Notes under the pieces: model-generated
What the model saw: the letters and a program-made list of their open reading frames with translations, nothing else
The model's database searches: none
What the model was told of the DNA's origin: nothing
Shown: positions 19,265-28,212 of the stretch, piece after piece
How the letters are laid out: each line of letters opens with the position of its first letter
Position numbering within the stretch: the first letter of the stretch is position 1
Position numbers and translations under genes: made by a program
Origin: Elusimicrobiota bacterium
GTDB taxonomy: Bacteria > CG03 > SLGR01 > JAFGSA01
DNA length: 64,000 bases
NCBI GenBank assembly: GCA_016934855.1
Contig: JAFGSA010000003.1
Location: 1,654 to 65,653, forward strand
Direction: 5' to 3'

Positions 19265-20401
19265 ATGGTAAAGACAGCAGTAAAACCCGGCATAAACGAT
19301 AAGCTGAAGATCCTTTCCAGGGACTCCCAGTACGACCTTGCCTGCGCCTGCAGCGTCTACGATTATGAGCACAGGACGCGCTCGGAAAACGACGGCTGGA
19401 TATACCCGGTGACTTTCGCGGACGGGAGGAGGACGTATCTTCTTAAGACTCTCATATCCAACTCCTGCGTCAACGATTGCAGGTACTGCCCCTTGAGATC
19501 TTCGGAAGACCCGCGGAGAGTTTCGGTCGATCCCTGCCGGCTGGCTTCCTTCTTCATGGATTACCGCACAAGGGGAATGGCCAGCGGAATCTTCCTCTCG
19601 AGCGGCGTCATAAAAAGCCCCGACGACACGATGGACCTGATAAACGGCACGGCCAGGATCCTGAGAAGGTCCGGGTTCAAGGGATACATTCACCTGAAAG
19701 TCATACCGGGAGCTTCGGATGAAGCCGTAAAAGAAGCAGTTGCACTGGCCAGCGCCGTCTCTGTCAATATAGAAACAGCGGGAGAAAAACACTTCAGCAG
19801 GCTGAGCGGTAAAAAGAAATATATAGAAGATATAATAAGGCCGATAAAACTTATAAGCAGGCTTACTTCGAAAGAAGCTCCTTACCGGCGCGTCAAACAA
19901 ACGACACAGTTCGTCGTCGGAGCTTCTGACGAAACTGACGGAGAGATAATAAATTACTCCTGGAGACTCTACAGAAACCTCGGATTGAGCAGGGTTTATT
20001 TCAGCTCATACCAGAGAGGGCTCGGGGAAACGGATCTCCCCGGCGAAAAGTCCCCTCTCAGTAACCGCGAAATGCTCGTCAGGGAGCACCGGCTTTACCA
20101 GGCGGACTGGCTCATGAGGAAATACGGGTTCGGCGGGAAGGAGATCCCCCTGGACGGCAGAGGCAATCTCTTCCTGGACCTTGACCCCAAGGAAGCCTGG
20201 GCCAGGGCAAACCCCTCGTTCTTTCCCGTCAAAATCAATACCGCTGAAAAAGAAGAGCTCTTAAGAGTCCCGGGGCTGGGGCACGTGACCGTAGACAGCA
20301 TTATAAGCAGGAGATCGGACGGCGCCAGGTTCTCGAAGCTCACGGATATCGGGAAACCAGGTAAATTGCTTCTCAAGGCTTCTTCTTATATAAAATTCTG
20401 A
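19265..20401 (+). CDS. Putative DNA modification/repair radical SAM protein with HhH (TIGR03916-like)
   Basis: YDLACAC, CVNDCRYC, GIFLSSGV, GYIHLKVIPG, TQFVVG, REHRLYQADWLMRKYGF, INTA..ELLRVPGLG. Confidence 0.9.
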   Translation: MVKTAVKPGINDKLKILSRDSQYDLACACSVYDYEHRTRSENDGWIYPVTFADGRRTYLLKTLISNSCVNDCRYCPLRSSEDPRRVSVDPCRLASFFMDYRTRGMASGIFLSSGVIKSPDDTMDLINGTARILRRSGFKGYIHLKVIPGASDEAVKEAVALASAVSVNIETAGEKHFSRLSGKKKYIEDIIRPIKLISRLTSKEAPYRRVKQTTQFVVGASDETDGEIINYSWRLYRNLGLSRVYFSSYQRGLGETDLPGEKSPLSNREMLVREHRLYQADWLMRKYGFGGKEIPLDGRGNLFLDLDPKEAWARANPSFFPVKINTAEKEELLRVPGLGHVTVDSIISRRSDGARFSKLTDIGKPGKLLLKASSYIKF

Positions 20402-20482
20402 TCTATAAGCGCTTTTTATTTCCGGGAGTTGAAAAAAATTCATATAAATGCGAAAATTACCCATGAAACGGAGGTTGCTGAA

Positions 20483-21088
20483 ATGCGTAAATCTTTATTG
20501 TTTCTTTATACATTACTAATTACTGCGTCCTGTCTGAACGCCGCGGGCCCCGGCGCAGCCGCGCCGGAAATATCCGCCGTCAACGCAAAGGAAGAAGCAG
20601 TATCTCTTCGTGATTATGCGGGGAAGGTCGTATTCCTGAATTTCTGGGCCAGCTGGTGTCCGCCGTGCAGGAGCGAGTTTCCCGAACTCGATTCCCTCGC
20701 TGCCGAATATTCCGAAAAAGACCTTGTCGTCATCGCTATAAACCTGGACCGGAACAGATCATCCGCAGATGATTTCATCGACAACTATGAGAAGAGCTCC
20801 GATAAGACGACCCCCGGCAGCAGGCTTTCCTGGAACATGAAGATACTTTTCGACAGGGACAATGCTACAGCCCAGGCTTACAGTGTGCCCGGCATCCCCG
20901 CATCTTTCATCATAGGAAGAAACGGTGGCATCAGGTACAAACATACCGGCTTCCAGTATGCTTTCACGAGAAAATGGAGAGAAGAGATTGACAGTCTTCT
21001 GGCGGAAAAATTCGTGCCAAGACAGGAAGACGATGAAAATGCCGGAGAAAATAAGGGAGAAGACAATGATGCCGAAGATGAAGAGTAG
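20483..21088 (+). CDS. TlpA-family thiol:disulfide oxidoreductase
   Basis: GGAGG RBS; signal peptide; LNFWASWCPPCR; GIPASF. Confidence 0.9.
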   Translation: MRKSLLFLYTLLITASCLNAAGPGAAAPEISAVNAKEEAVSLRDYAGKVVFLNFWASWCPPCRSEFPELDSLAAEYSEKDLVVIAINLDRNRSSADDFIDNYEKSSDKTTPGSRLSWNMKILFDRDNATAQAYSVPGIPASFIIGRNGGIRYKHTGFQYAFTRKWREEIDSLLAEKFVPRQEDDENAGENKGEDNDAEDEE

Positions 21089-21110
21089 ATATATAAAAAG
21101 GAGCTGGATT

Positions 21111-22031
21111 ATGAACAACACGACCAAAACGGCTGCTGTACTTTTCTTCAGCCTCATACTCGGAGGATGCATTACGGTCATGAAGAAAAGCACTTACCTG
21201 GATACGATGGACCGCCTGGACAACCTTGCCGTAGACAAGGCCAGCCTCGAAGAGAACATCGCTCAGCTCGAAGGCAGGATTTCATCCCTGGAGGAAGAAA
21301 TAGCCAGGCTGAAGAGGGAGAACACCGATCTTTCAGAAAATCTCAATAAGAAAGAAACCGAACTTTTCGAAAAGATGAACCGGCAGACCGAACTGATAGC
21401 CCAGAAGGAAAAAGAGCTCGCCGAACTGAAAAAAGAAAAATCCGACATCGAGGCACAGCTCAGCATGCAGATAAACGAGCTCAACCTCAAGACCCAGACC
21501 ATGGAAGACCAGATCGGCAAACTCCAGATGACTAAAGATTCCCTTGAAAGCAACCTAAAAGAAGAGATAGAATCCAAACAGATACAGATAACGATGATAC
21601 GCAACAGCCTGTCCGTAAATATGGTAGACAAGATACTATTCGACACGGGCAAGGCAGAACTCAAGGAATCGGGGAAGAAGGTCCTGGAAAAGGTCGGTAA
21701 GGTTCTTAAAAAGGTGGAGAACAGGGATATCAGGATAGAAGGGCATACGGATAACGTACCGATAGGCGAATCCCTCAGGGAGAAGTTCCCGACGAACTGG
21801 GAACTCTCTACCCAGAGGGCAACGAATGTCGTAAGATACCTCGAAGAAACGTCCGGGATTCCCGGAGAGAACCTTGTCGCTGTCGGCTACAGCAAGTACA
21901 GGCCCATCGGGGATAACAATACATACAAGGGCAGGGAGCAGAACAGGCGCATAGAAATAACTATAGTTCCGAAGAACCTGAACCGCGTCATCGATGAGGT
22001 TATTTCTACGGAACCCCAGGATACCCCCTGA
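21111..22031 (+). CDS. OmpA/MotB-family lipoprotein with coiled coil
   Basis: Lipobox LGGC; coiled coil; ILFDTGKA, IEGHTDN, NWELSTQRA, QNRRIEI. Confidence 0.9.
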   Translation: MNNTTKTAAVLFFSLILGGCITVMKKSTYLDTMDRLDNLAVDKASLEENIAQLEGRISSLEEEIARLKRENTDLSENLNKKETELFEKMNRQTELIAQKEKELAELKKEKSDIEAQLSMQINELNLKTQTMEDQIGKLQMTKDSLESNLKEEIESKQIQITMIRNSLSVNMVDKILFDTGKAELKESGKKVLEKVGKVLKKVENRDIRIEGHTDNVPIGESLREKFPTNWELSTQRATNVVRYLEETSGIPGENLVAVGYSKYRPIGDNNTYKGREQNRRIEITIVPKNLNRVIDEVISTEPQDTP

Positions 22032-22045
22032 TAGCACCGGTCACC

Positions 22046-22591
22046 GTGACCTCATCATTGCCCGGTAATCCCGGCACAAGCGGGAACTATCCCGCGAATA
22101 CAGTACTGGCGACCGCCCTTTTTTCCGCCGTGCAGTATGCCGCGTCGATTTATATAATGTTTACCGCCGCAGGTGCTTATGTCCTGGGGATATACGTCCT
22201 TTACGTGCTGCTTATGGAATTGAAGCTATTGAGATTCTCCTGCACCAGCTGTTATTATCACGGGAAAGCATGCGCTTTCGGGAAGGGGAGGATGAGCAGT
22301 CTCATCTTCAAAAAAAGAGATCCCAAGATGTTCATCACAAAGAAGATTTCTTTTTCAGGCCTGGTACCGGAGCTTCTGGTATCGCTCATACCGATATCGG
22401 CAGGAGCGGTCTTTCTCTTCAGGCATTTTGATATATATATTATGTTGTCGATGATACTTCTTCTTGTGCTGGGCACCGCCGGAAACGGCTATGTAAGGAT
22501 GCACCTCGCATGCAGAAGCTGCAGGCAGAGGATACTTGGCTGCCCGGCAGAGATGTTATTCAGCAGAAGAAGCCGGGAAGGGACTCTTTAA
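22046..22591 (+). CDS. Hypothetical 4-TM membrane protein with two CxxC-x6-C motifs
   Basis: CTSCYYHGKAC and CRSCRQRILGC, each following a TM pair; start uncertain. Confidence 0.7.
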   Translation: MTSSLPGNPGTSGNYPANTVLATALFSAVQYAASIYIMFTAAGAYVLGIYVLYVLLMELKLLRFSCTSCYYHGKACAFGKGRMSSLIFKKRDPKMFITKKISFSGLVPELLVSLIPISAGAVFLFRHFDIYIMLSMILLLVLGTAGNGYVRMHLACRSCRQRILGCPAEMLFSRRSREGTL

Positions 22592-23109
22592 GGGAAGATT
22601 ATCTCGACTTTGCTCTCATCGAGCTTATTTACTTTGAGCTTCTCGCCGTAATATTTGCCAACGCCCTTTATAAGCCCGACCATGAAATCTATCATCCCCC
22701 TGTGGGAACTGTAATGCATTATCATGGTCTTATCGTCCTTGTCTTCGTATTTAAACCTGGGCGGCTTGGCATTAGGCATGCTCTTAGTGGAAATAACATG
22801 CACCGAATCCATGTTTTTCAGGAATTCCTTAGCGTTTTTCGCCCTGGCATAGTAAACTTCGTACATCTTCTTCCCGTAAACGTTCACCCAGTAGTCCCCG
22901 AAAACATCGGCCGCCTGCTGAAGGGTCACGTTCAGTACCTCGCATAAAGACTTGACGACGTTCATAACGGTCATATCGTCTACATCGCTTATAGCGGTCA
23001 GCATGGGTTCCTGGTCTATACCGGCCCCCTTGAGTATCGCTTCCCACCTATCCTGTCCGAATTTTTCGACTACAAGCTCTTTCAACGCAATTACTATAAC
23101 GCCTTTCAT
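22588..23109 (-). CDS. Heme NO-binding (H-NOX/HNOB) domain protein
   Basis: AAGGAGG RBS; MKG start; proximal His (MDSVH), PPRF, YxSxR (YSSHR), GLIKG. Confidence 0.9.
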   Translation of the reverse strand: MKGVIVIALKELVVEKFGQDRWEAILKGAGIDQEPMLTAISDVDDMTVMNVVKSLCEVLNVTLQQAADVFGDYWVNVYGKKMYEVYYARAKNAKEFLKNMDSVHVISTKSMPNAKPPRFKYEDKDDKTMIMHYSSHRGMIDFMVGLIKGVGKYYGEKLKVNKLDESKVEIIFP

Positions 23110-23179
23110 GGAATTCCTCCTTATAATACATTTTTTAATTATATAAAAAAGGAAGGCCCGGCACAAGAAGAGGTATTTT

Positions 23180-23605
23180 TCAGATGTCTTTCAGATGTAC
23201 GAGCTCGATACCCAGTTTCCCTGCCGTCTCGAATATGCGGTCATCCCTGTAGAACTCGCCGTAATAGATCTTTTTGATGCCTGAATTCACCATGAACTTG
23301 AAGCAGTGCCAGCAGGGCGACGATGTTATGTATATCTCCGAATTGTCTATGCAGACGCCGTGCCTGGCAGCCTGCAGGATGGCGTTGGCTTCCGCGTGTA
23401 TAGTGGCTACGCAGTGGTCGTTCTCTATCATGTGCCCGACTTCGTCGCAGTGGGGCATGCCTTTGATGCTCCCGTTATAACCGGTAGACAGTATTGCCTT
23501 GTCCCGCACTATGACCGCGCCGACCATCTTGCGGTCGCATGTGCTGCGCGTGGCTACCTGCCTCGCGATATTCATAAAGTATTTTTCCCAGCTTACCCTA
23601 GTCAT
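23180..23605 (-). CDS. dCMP deaminase (ComEB family)
   Basis: RSTC, VGAVIV, TGYNGS, HAEANAI, SPCWHC. Confidence 0.93.
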   Translation of the reverse strand: MTRVSWEKYFMNIARQVATRSTCDRKMVGAVIVRDKAILSTGYNGSIKGMPHCDEVGHMIENDHCVATIHAEANAILQAARHGVCIDNSEIYITSSPCWHCFKFMVNSGIKKIYYGEFYRDDRIFETAGKLGIELVHLKDI

Positions 23606-23737
23606 GGCTTTGATGATATTATATCAATGGTTTGGACATTGTAAAGAAATCGTCTTGAAAATGCCGGACATATACAAGTGACTTAAATCACTGAATATTT
23701 ATCGCAAGCGTGTTATTAATGATGGCAGGAATAAAAG

Positions 23738-23821
23738 ATGAGACATGACATGATAGTACAGATTGTCTTCTTTTTCATGCTTCTGCTGTTTTTCTTGTTC
23801 CTGAAGGCAATTGAGAAATAA
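23738..23821 (+). CDS. Possible 27-aa single-TM peptide
   Basis: AGGA 7 nt upstream; MRHDMIVQIVFFFMLLLFFLFLKAIEK. Confidence 0.4.
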   Translation: MRHDMIVQIVFFFMLLLFFLFLKAIEK

Positions 23822-24469
23822 TAAGGATCCCCGGAACCATTCCTTTTACAGGTTATTGCACCTTAATGCATTTGCGTCTTCTTCCGGGTTTCACTTCTTC
23901 TTTCCGGCCCGGGAAGGGGAGGCCGACCCCCTAGCCTCCCGGAAAAACCGAAAATCTGCCACTGAACCTTCAGAACGCTGATTTTCCGGTTATGCTGCCT
24001 GTTTCTCGGGAAAAATCTGGATTTTCTTGAAAATATTGCGTTTTAAGGGATTTTTCAGGGCCGGCCCGACCATTTAGACCTTAAACCAAAAAATTCGCTT
24101 TAAAACGGATGTATATTCGCAGTTTTTTCAATATTCCGATAAATATGCCATTTTTGCCAATAATGGAGATTACGGGGTCAGAGGGATAACCCGTAAACCC
24201 GACAGCCACTCGGCCGGAGCAGCCCCGCTCACCAAAGCCCGCAGAGACTATTCTATAACGTCATTATGAATATATTGAAGGAACAGAAACAGGGGAATAA
24301 ACAGGGATTATTTATATATAAAAACTGTTTTAATGTCTTAAAGTAAGGGATCAACGTTATAAACATCCATCCTTAAAGTTGACTTCATATAAATGCCCAT
24401 ATATACTATGAATAAACGAATATAATCATCTAGATTAGTATTTACTTGAACCATTTCCGGCCCTCACAA

Positions 24470-24497
24470 AGTTAACATAATAATTATTATCGGACAT
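24470..24497 (-). other. dif site (XerC/XerD chromosome dimer resolution site)
   Basis: Minus strand reads ATGTCCGATAA-TAATTA-TTATGTTAACT (11-6-11). The XerD arm matches E. coli TTATGTTAAAT at 10/11. It is intergenic and sits at the switch in gene orientation. Confidence 0.9.
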
Positions 24498-24770
24498 TCT
24501 ATTTTTCTCGACGATCGTCTTTCCTTAAATACCTTTTTCTGCCCTGTTTTTTGTTTTTTTAAGCCCCCTCTTCCTGCGGCTTTATTTTTATCCGGGGGAA
24601 TCGAACCATTGGCCTGGGCGTTTTAACCGCTTAAAATCGATGAAGTTCCAGTGATATTACAGTCTGCCGGAATTTGTTGCAACAGGGTTTGCCAGAAAGG
24701 AATACAGGGAAAAATTAAAATAAACAAAGCGATTAATTGTGGAATACATGTTTTTTCCGCAAATAAGCAG

Positions 24771-24805
24771 AAAACCCGCGGAAATGCCCCCCCGCGGGTA
24801 AAAAA
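24771..24805 (-). terminator. Intrinsic terminator
   Basis: ACCCGCGG/CCGCGGGT stem followed by TTT on the minus strand, just after the small ORF ending at 24807. Confidence 0.65.
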
Positions 24806-24806
24806 C

Positions 24807-25004
24807 TTAGTTTATAAGGAAATCTCTTGCTTTTAGTATTAAACTGAGAAATTTTATTATCTCGTATGAAAAGATACCGAGAAGCAGACCGTAAATGAAG
24901 AAAACGAGGAATTTACCGTTTTTAAGATAAGTCCTGATAGAGTAGCTGCCGGTGTAAGCCAGAAAAAGCACCAGGAGAAGGATTATCAGCCAGAATATAA
25001 GGAT
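24807..25004 (-). CDS. Possible 65-aa 2-TM protein lacking a canonical start codon
   Basis: ILIFWLIILLLVLFLAYTGSYSIRTYLKNGKFLVFFIYGLLLGIFSYEIIKFLSLILKARDFLIN; lies between the upstream stop codon and the terminator. Confidence 0.4.
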   Translation of the reverse strand: MLIFWLIILLLVLFLAYTGSYSIRTYLKNGKFLVFFIYGLLLGIFSYEIIKFLSLILKARDFLIN

Positions 25005-25005
25005 A

Positions 25006-26220
25006 TCAGAACCTCGCCCTTACTTCGCCGCTGATGAACCGTGTCTTCCTGACTCCTTCATAGACATCGTACTCGTCCTCCGGGGCAAAAATAGTATACC
25101 TTATCTCCAGGTCTATGATGCTGTATTTATACACTCCGCCGAAGGTAAGCGAACCGCCTATGGGCAGAGACGGCTGATGTTTCTTGTAGGTAGACCTGAT
25201 CATGAAGACAGTGAGATCGTTCCTTATAGTCGCATAGAGGGCATTCCTGAGCATGGAGAGGTTCGCTATGGAGTGGGAAAGGGTCACCTTGTCAGAAACC
25301 CTGCCGTCTACCAGCCTGTACTCCCTGAACCTGCCGTAATAATCCCCTATCATGTCCGACTCCACGCTGGAGAGTATCGGAAGGAAACCCCTCTCGTCGT
25401 CGGCCAGGTCACCCGATCCGAGTATATAGTCTATCCAGGCACCTCCCCTTCCCAGCGGGTCAACCACGCCCTCGAACTTGCCGTATGCCCTGAGCGCGTA
25501 GCCGTCGAAGGTTTCCCCGCTCTCCCCCGGCCCCTTCTTCCCTTTCATCTTGTATCCGAAGAACGAATACTCGAGCCCCCTGTGCATGTTCTGCTTGAAA
25601 TAAGCACCGTATATGTATCTTTTGACTATTTTTGAAGATATATAGTGCTCTATGGTCCAGTCGAGCTCCAGCCTCCTCGGCCCGAACTCCCTGAACGCCC
25701 TGTAACCGTAACCCTGTATATCCGATATATCCAGCAGGGCGTCCCTGGTCCTGCAATGAAATGCCTCCAGCTTCACCTTGAACGGGGCATAGGCTTCCAG
25801 CATCAGGGAAGGCAGCCCTATCTGGTTATGGTTCACAAGTATCCCGTCAACCCATTTTATGGGCAGAATGCCGACGCTGATGTCAAAGGGATATCCGTAG
25901 TACCTGTTTATCTTTATATAGGCGCTCTCGAAAAACGGGGTGAGGTTCTCTATCTTGGCCCCCTGGTATACCACGACGGTACTGGTGGAGTTCATTATCC
26001 CCGAAGACTGCAGGGTCGCCCCTATCTCCACGCCGTCGTCGAGGTACCCGTTTAAATAGAGCTTCAGGCGCTGCCTGAATTCCGAGGCCAGTTCCTCCTC
26101 TTCCCTCTCTATATACCGGTACTCGAAATCGATATCTTCGCCTATATCGAACTGTCCCGCGTAGATGGGGATAACCGGGGTGAAGGCTAATAATCCAAAT
26201 AATAAAAATCTTTTTTTCAT
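25006..26220 (-). CDS. Putative outer-membrane beta-barrel (alginate-export-like)
   Basis: Signal peptide; amphipathic aromatic-rich strands (FRQRLKLYL, ESAYIKI); C-terminal EVRARF. Confidence 0.7.
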   Translation of the reverse strand: MKKRFLLFGLLAFTPVIPIYAGQFDIGEDIDFEYRYIEREEEELASEFRQRLKLYLNGYLDDGVEIGATLQSSGIMNSTSTVVVYQGAKIENLTPFFESAYIKINRYYGYPFDISVGILPIKWVDGILVNHNQIGLPSLMLEAYAPFKVKLEAFHCRTRDALLDISDIQGYGYRAFREFGPRRLELDWTIEHYISSKIVKRYIYGAYFKQNMHRGLEYSFFGYKMKGKKGPGESGETFDGYALRAYGKFEGVVDPLGRGGAWIDYILGSGDLADDERGFLPILSSVESDMIGDYYGRFREYRLVDGRVSDKVTLSHSIANLSMLRNALYATIRNDLTVFMIRSTYKKHQPSLPIGGSLTFGGVYKYSIIDLEIRYTIFAPEDEYDVYEGVRKTRFISGEVRARF

Positions 26221-26284
26221 TGAATAGAATTATATATTATATAGTGTGATTTTTCAAATTATCCAGATTTTAATCATCCCGCTC

Positions 26285-26313
26285 TTGACAAATTCTCAAT
26301 AATTTATAAGAAT
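26285..26313 (+). promoter_or_regulatory. Candidate sigma70 promoter
   Basis: TTGACA, 17-nt spacer, AAGAAT, upstream of the 582-aa gene. Confidence 0.5.
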
Positions 26314-26443
26314 TATGCCTGAATAATAGTAAATATACGCCCGGCAAAGGAGGTGAACAAAATAATTAGGGGCGATACAATGAAAAACAAGCGGAAAACC
26401 CGCATTATAATAAGCAGGAGAAAAATACAGGAGGATTGAATTT

Positions 26444-28192
26444 ATGAAAAAATTACTTGCGATTATAGTAGCAATACTATTAGTCCTTCCGATTATCGCG
26501 CAAGCGGATGTTCGTAACAGCTCCAAGAGGATGGACGGTATAAACACGAACCTCATAGGTATCGTGTCCGACGAGTATTCAGACATACTCACGGTGAACC
26601 CGGCGAACCTTCTCGACATAGAAGGATATCGCCTTTATACCAACCTCTCCAACCTCATAAACAGCAATACGGCTGGAGCAGCTGGTACCGAAACATACAT
26701 AGACGGAGCGGATTATAACGAGTTCATGATAGGCGGAGTGATGCCGCTGATGGACATAGGCAACATAGGAGCATACCTCAACAGGATGGATGCCAAGAAC
26801 GAAGGCGCGATAATATACGCCGACTTCGATTCTGGCGTCGCAGATGCAAGGGTCACCGGCGGCGGAAACAATGCTGCCCAGACAGCGATGGTAGTCACCG
26901 GTATTGCGCAGAACGGCGAGTATGACTACGAAAACGTGAATACCCCTGCCGTCGGCCAGACGATCACTGCTGCGGAAAACGGCACGAGCTACAACACGCT
27001 CAGCGATTCCGACATCAACGTGATAGCGGCGACTTCGCTCATAGAAGCCGCTGACCTCGGCCTCAGGATCAGGTATAACTCGGTCCCGAACACGAATAAA
27101 TCGGAAGCCGATTACGAGTATTCGTTCACGAACAGTGACGATGCCGACGACTACGCATCCCAGGAATTCGAAGCTGAGATGCACGGCGTAGCCGGCAACG
27201 CGGCAGGCGGCACATTGCCCACATTCAACCAGAGCGGCATGAGCATCCAGCCCGCGCTCAAAACTGAGATCAACGATATAACCTTGGGAGTCACGTTGTC
27301 TCTCAATATGATGAAAGGCGTTCAGGATTACACGTTCGACACGACCATTATGGCCGGCGAGAACTGCACCGATCCTAACTTCCTTCCCCAGCACAGCGGT
27401 ATACCCGCTCTGACAGACCCCTACGAGAGGACCTGGAAATATGACCAGACACTCGAAGTGGACGGCACCGGGATAGGATTGGGCGCCGACGTTGAATATC
27501 CTCTTAACAAGGATACCAAGATAAAGGGATTGGCCAGCTACCAGAGCAACCCGCTCTCCGGTTCAGGATCAGCTGAATCCACAGACAGCATCCTCCAGGA
27601 CGGGCTTGACGGCGATCCGGTCAGCCAGACCATGACCCAGGACCTCGATTACGACCGGAAGAACAACGTGATCAACGTCCTCGGCGGTATAGAGAAGATG
27701 GTCTCCAGGGACCTCCTTCTCGGCATAGGCCTCGGGATAAACGTCAACAAGACCGAGACCGAATACTCTGAGACCAACGGTACATCCGTAGACGTCACTG
27801 ACGGCGACGCGGCTGACCCGGTCTATTCGAATAATTTATATTATTCGACCGACCAGACGGTCACAACGGTTGTAATACCCGTCGGCCTCGAGTGGACTGC
27901 CACAAAATGGCTCAAAGCGAGGATGGGTTCGACATACCAGGTGACATCGACAAAGTCTACCGGCGAACTTAAGACCGAGACAGTCAACGCTGCCACCGGT
28001 ATTGTGACCAACACCACAACTACAGAGACATCGCCCGCGGGTACCGCTCCGAAAGCGGCTGTCGCGAACTTCTTCTCAGGTGTCGGCTTCATGATAAGCG
28101 AAAACCTGTGCGTAGACGTGACCAACCTGGCAGGCGGCGGAACTATACTTGCACTCAACAACTGGCGGATGAGCGCCACATTGATGTTCTAA
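26444..28192 (+). CDS. Putative major outer-membrane or surface protein (beta-barrel-like)
   Basis: Signal peptide; N-terminal NPANLL; Thr/Asn/Asp-rich; PVGLEWTATKWLKARMG; C-terminal Phe; has its own promoter and terminator. Confidence 0.75.
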   Translation: MKKLLAIIVAILLVLPIIAQADVRNSSKRMDGINTNLIGIVSDEYSDILTVNPANLLDIEGYRLYTNLSNLINSNTAGAAGTETYIDGADYNEFMIGGVMPLMDIGNIGAYLNRMDAKNEGAIIYADFDSGVADARVTGGGNNAAQTAMVVTGIAQNGEYDYENVNTPAVGQTITAAENGTSYNTLSDSDINVIAATSLIEAADLGLRIRYNSVPNTNKSEADYEYSFTNSDDADDYASQEFEAEMHGVAGNAAGGTLPTFNQSGMSIQPALKTEINDITLGVTLSLNMMKGVQDYTFDTTIMAGENCTDPNFLPQHSGIPALTDPYERTWKYDQTLEVDGTGIGLGADVEYPLNKDTKIKGLASYQSNPLSGSGSAESTDSILQDGLDGDPVSQTMTQDLDYDRKNNVINVLGGIEKMVSRDLLLGIGLGINVNKTETEYSETNGTSVDVTDGDAADPVYSNNLYYSTDQTVTTVVIPVGLEWTATKWLKARMGSTYQVTSTKSTGELKTETVNAATGIVTNTTTTETSPAGTAPKAAVANFFSGVGFMISENLCVDVTNLAGGGTILALNNWRMSATLMF

Positions 28193-28212
28193 TATAGTTT
28201 TCTGCTCATATT

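Noticed and set aside
20925..21110. ORF-track N-terminal extensions (ompA, and also vWA, cobO, H-NOX, trpS, ispH and the 14577 ORF)
   Set aside because: Downstream ATGs fit better with RBS, signal peptide or family start positions, so the starts were shortened.
24249..24272. TATTCTATAA-CGTCA-TTATGAATA, a possible second Xer site near dif
   Set aside because: The spacer is 5 bp rather than 6, the XerD arm is poor, and the context is AT-rich. Not enough to call an IMEX scar.
24592..24630. GGTTCGATTCC on the - strand, resembling a tRNA T-loop
   Set aside because: Only 2 bp of T-stem pair, and there is no acceptor or anticodon arm.
23606..25005. CRISPR array, oriC or prophage attachment site in the large intergenic gap
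   Set aside because: No regularly spaced repeats, DnaA-box cluster or integrase seen; convergent gene orientation and dif indicate the terminus.
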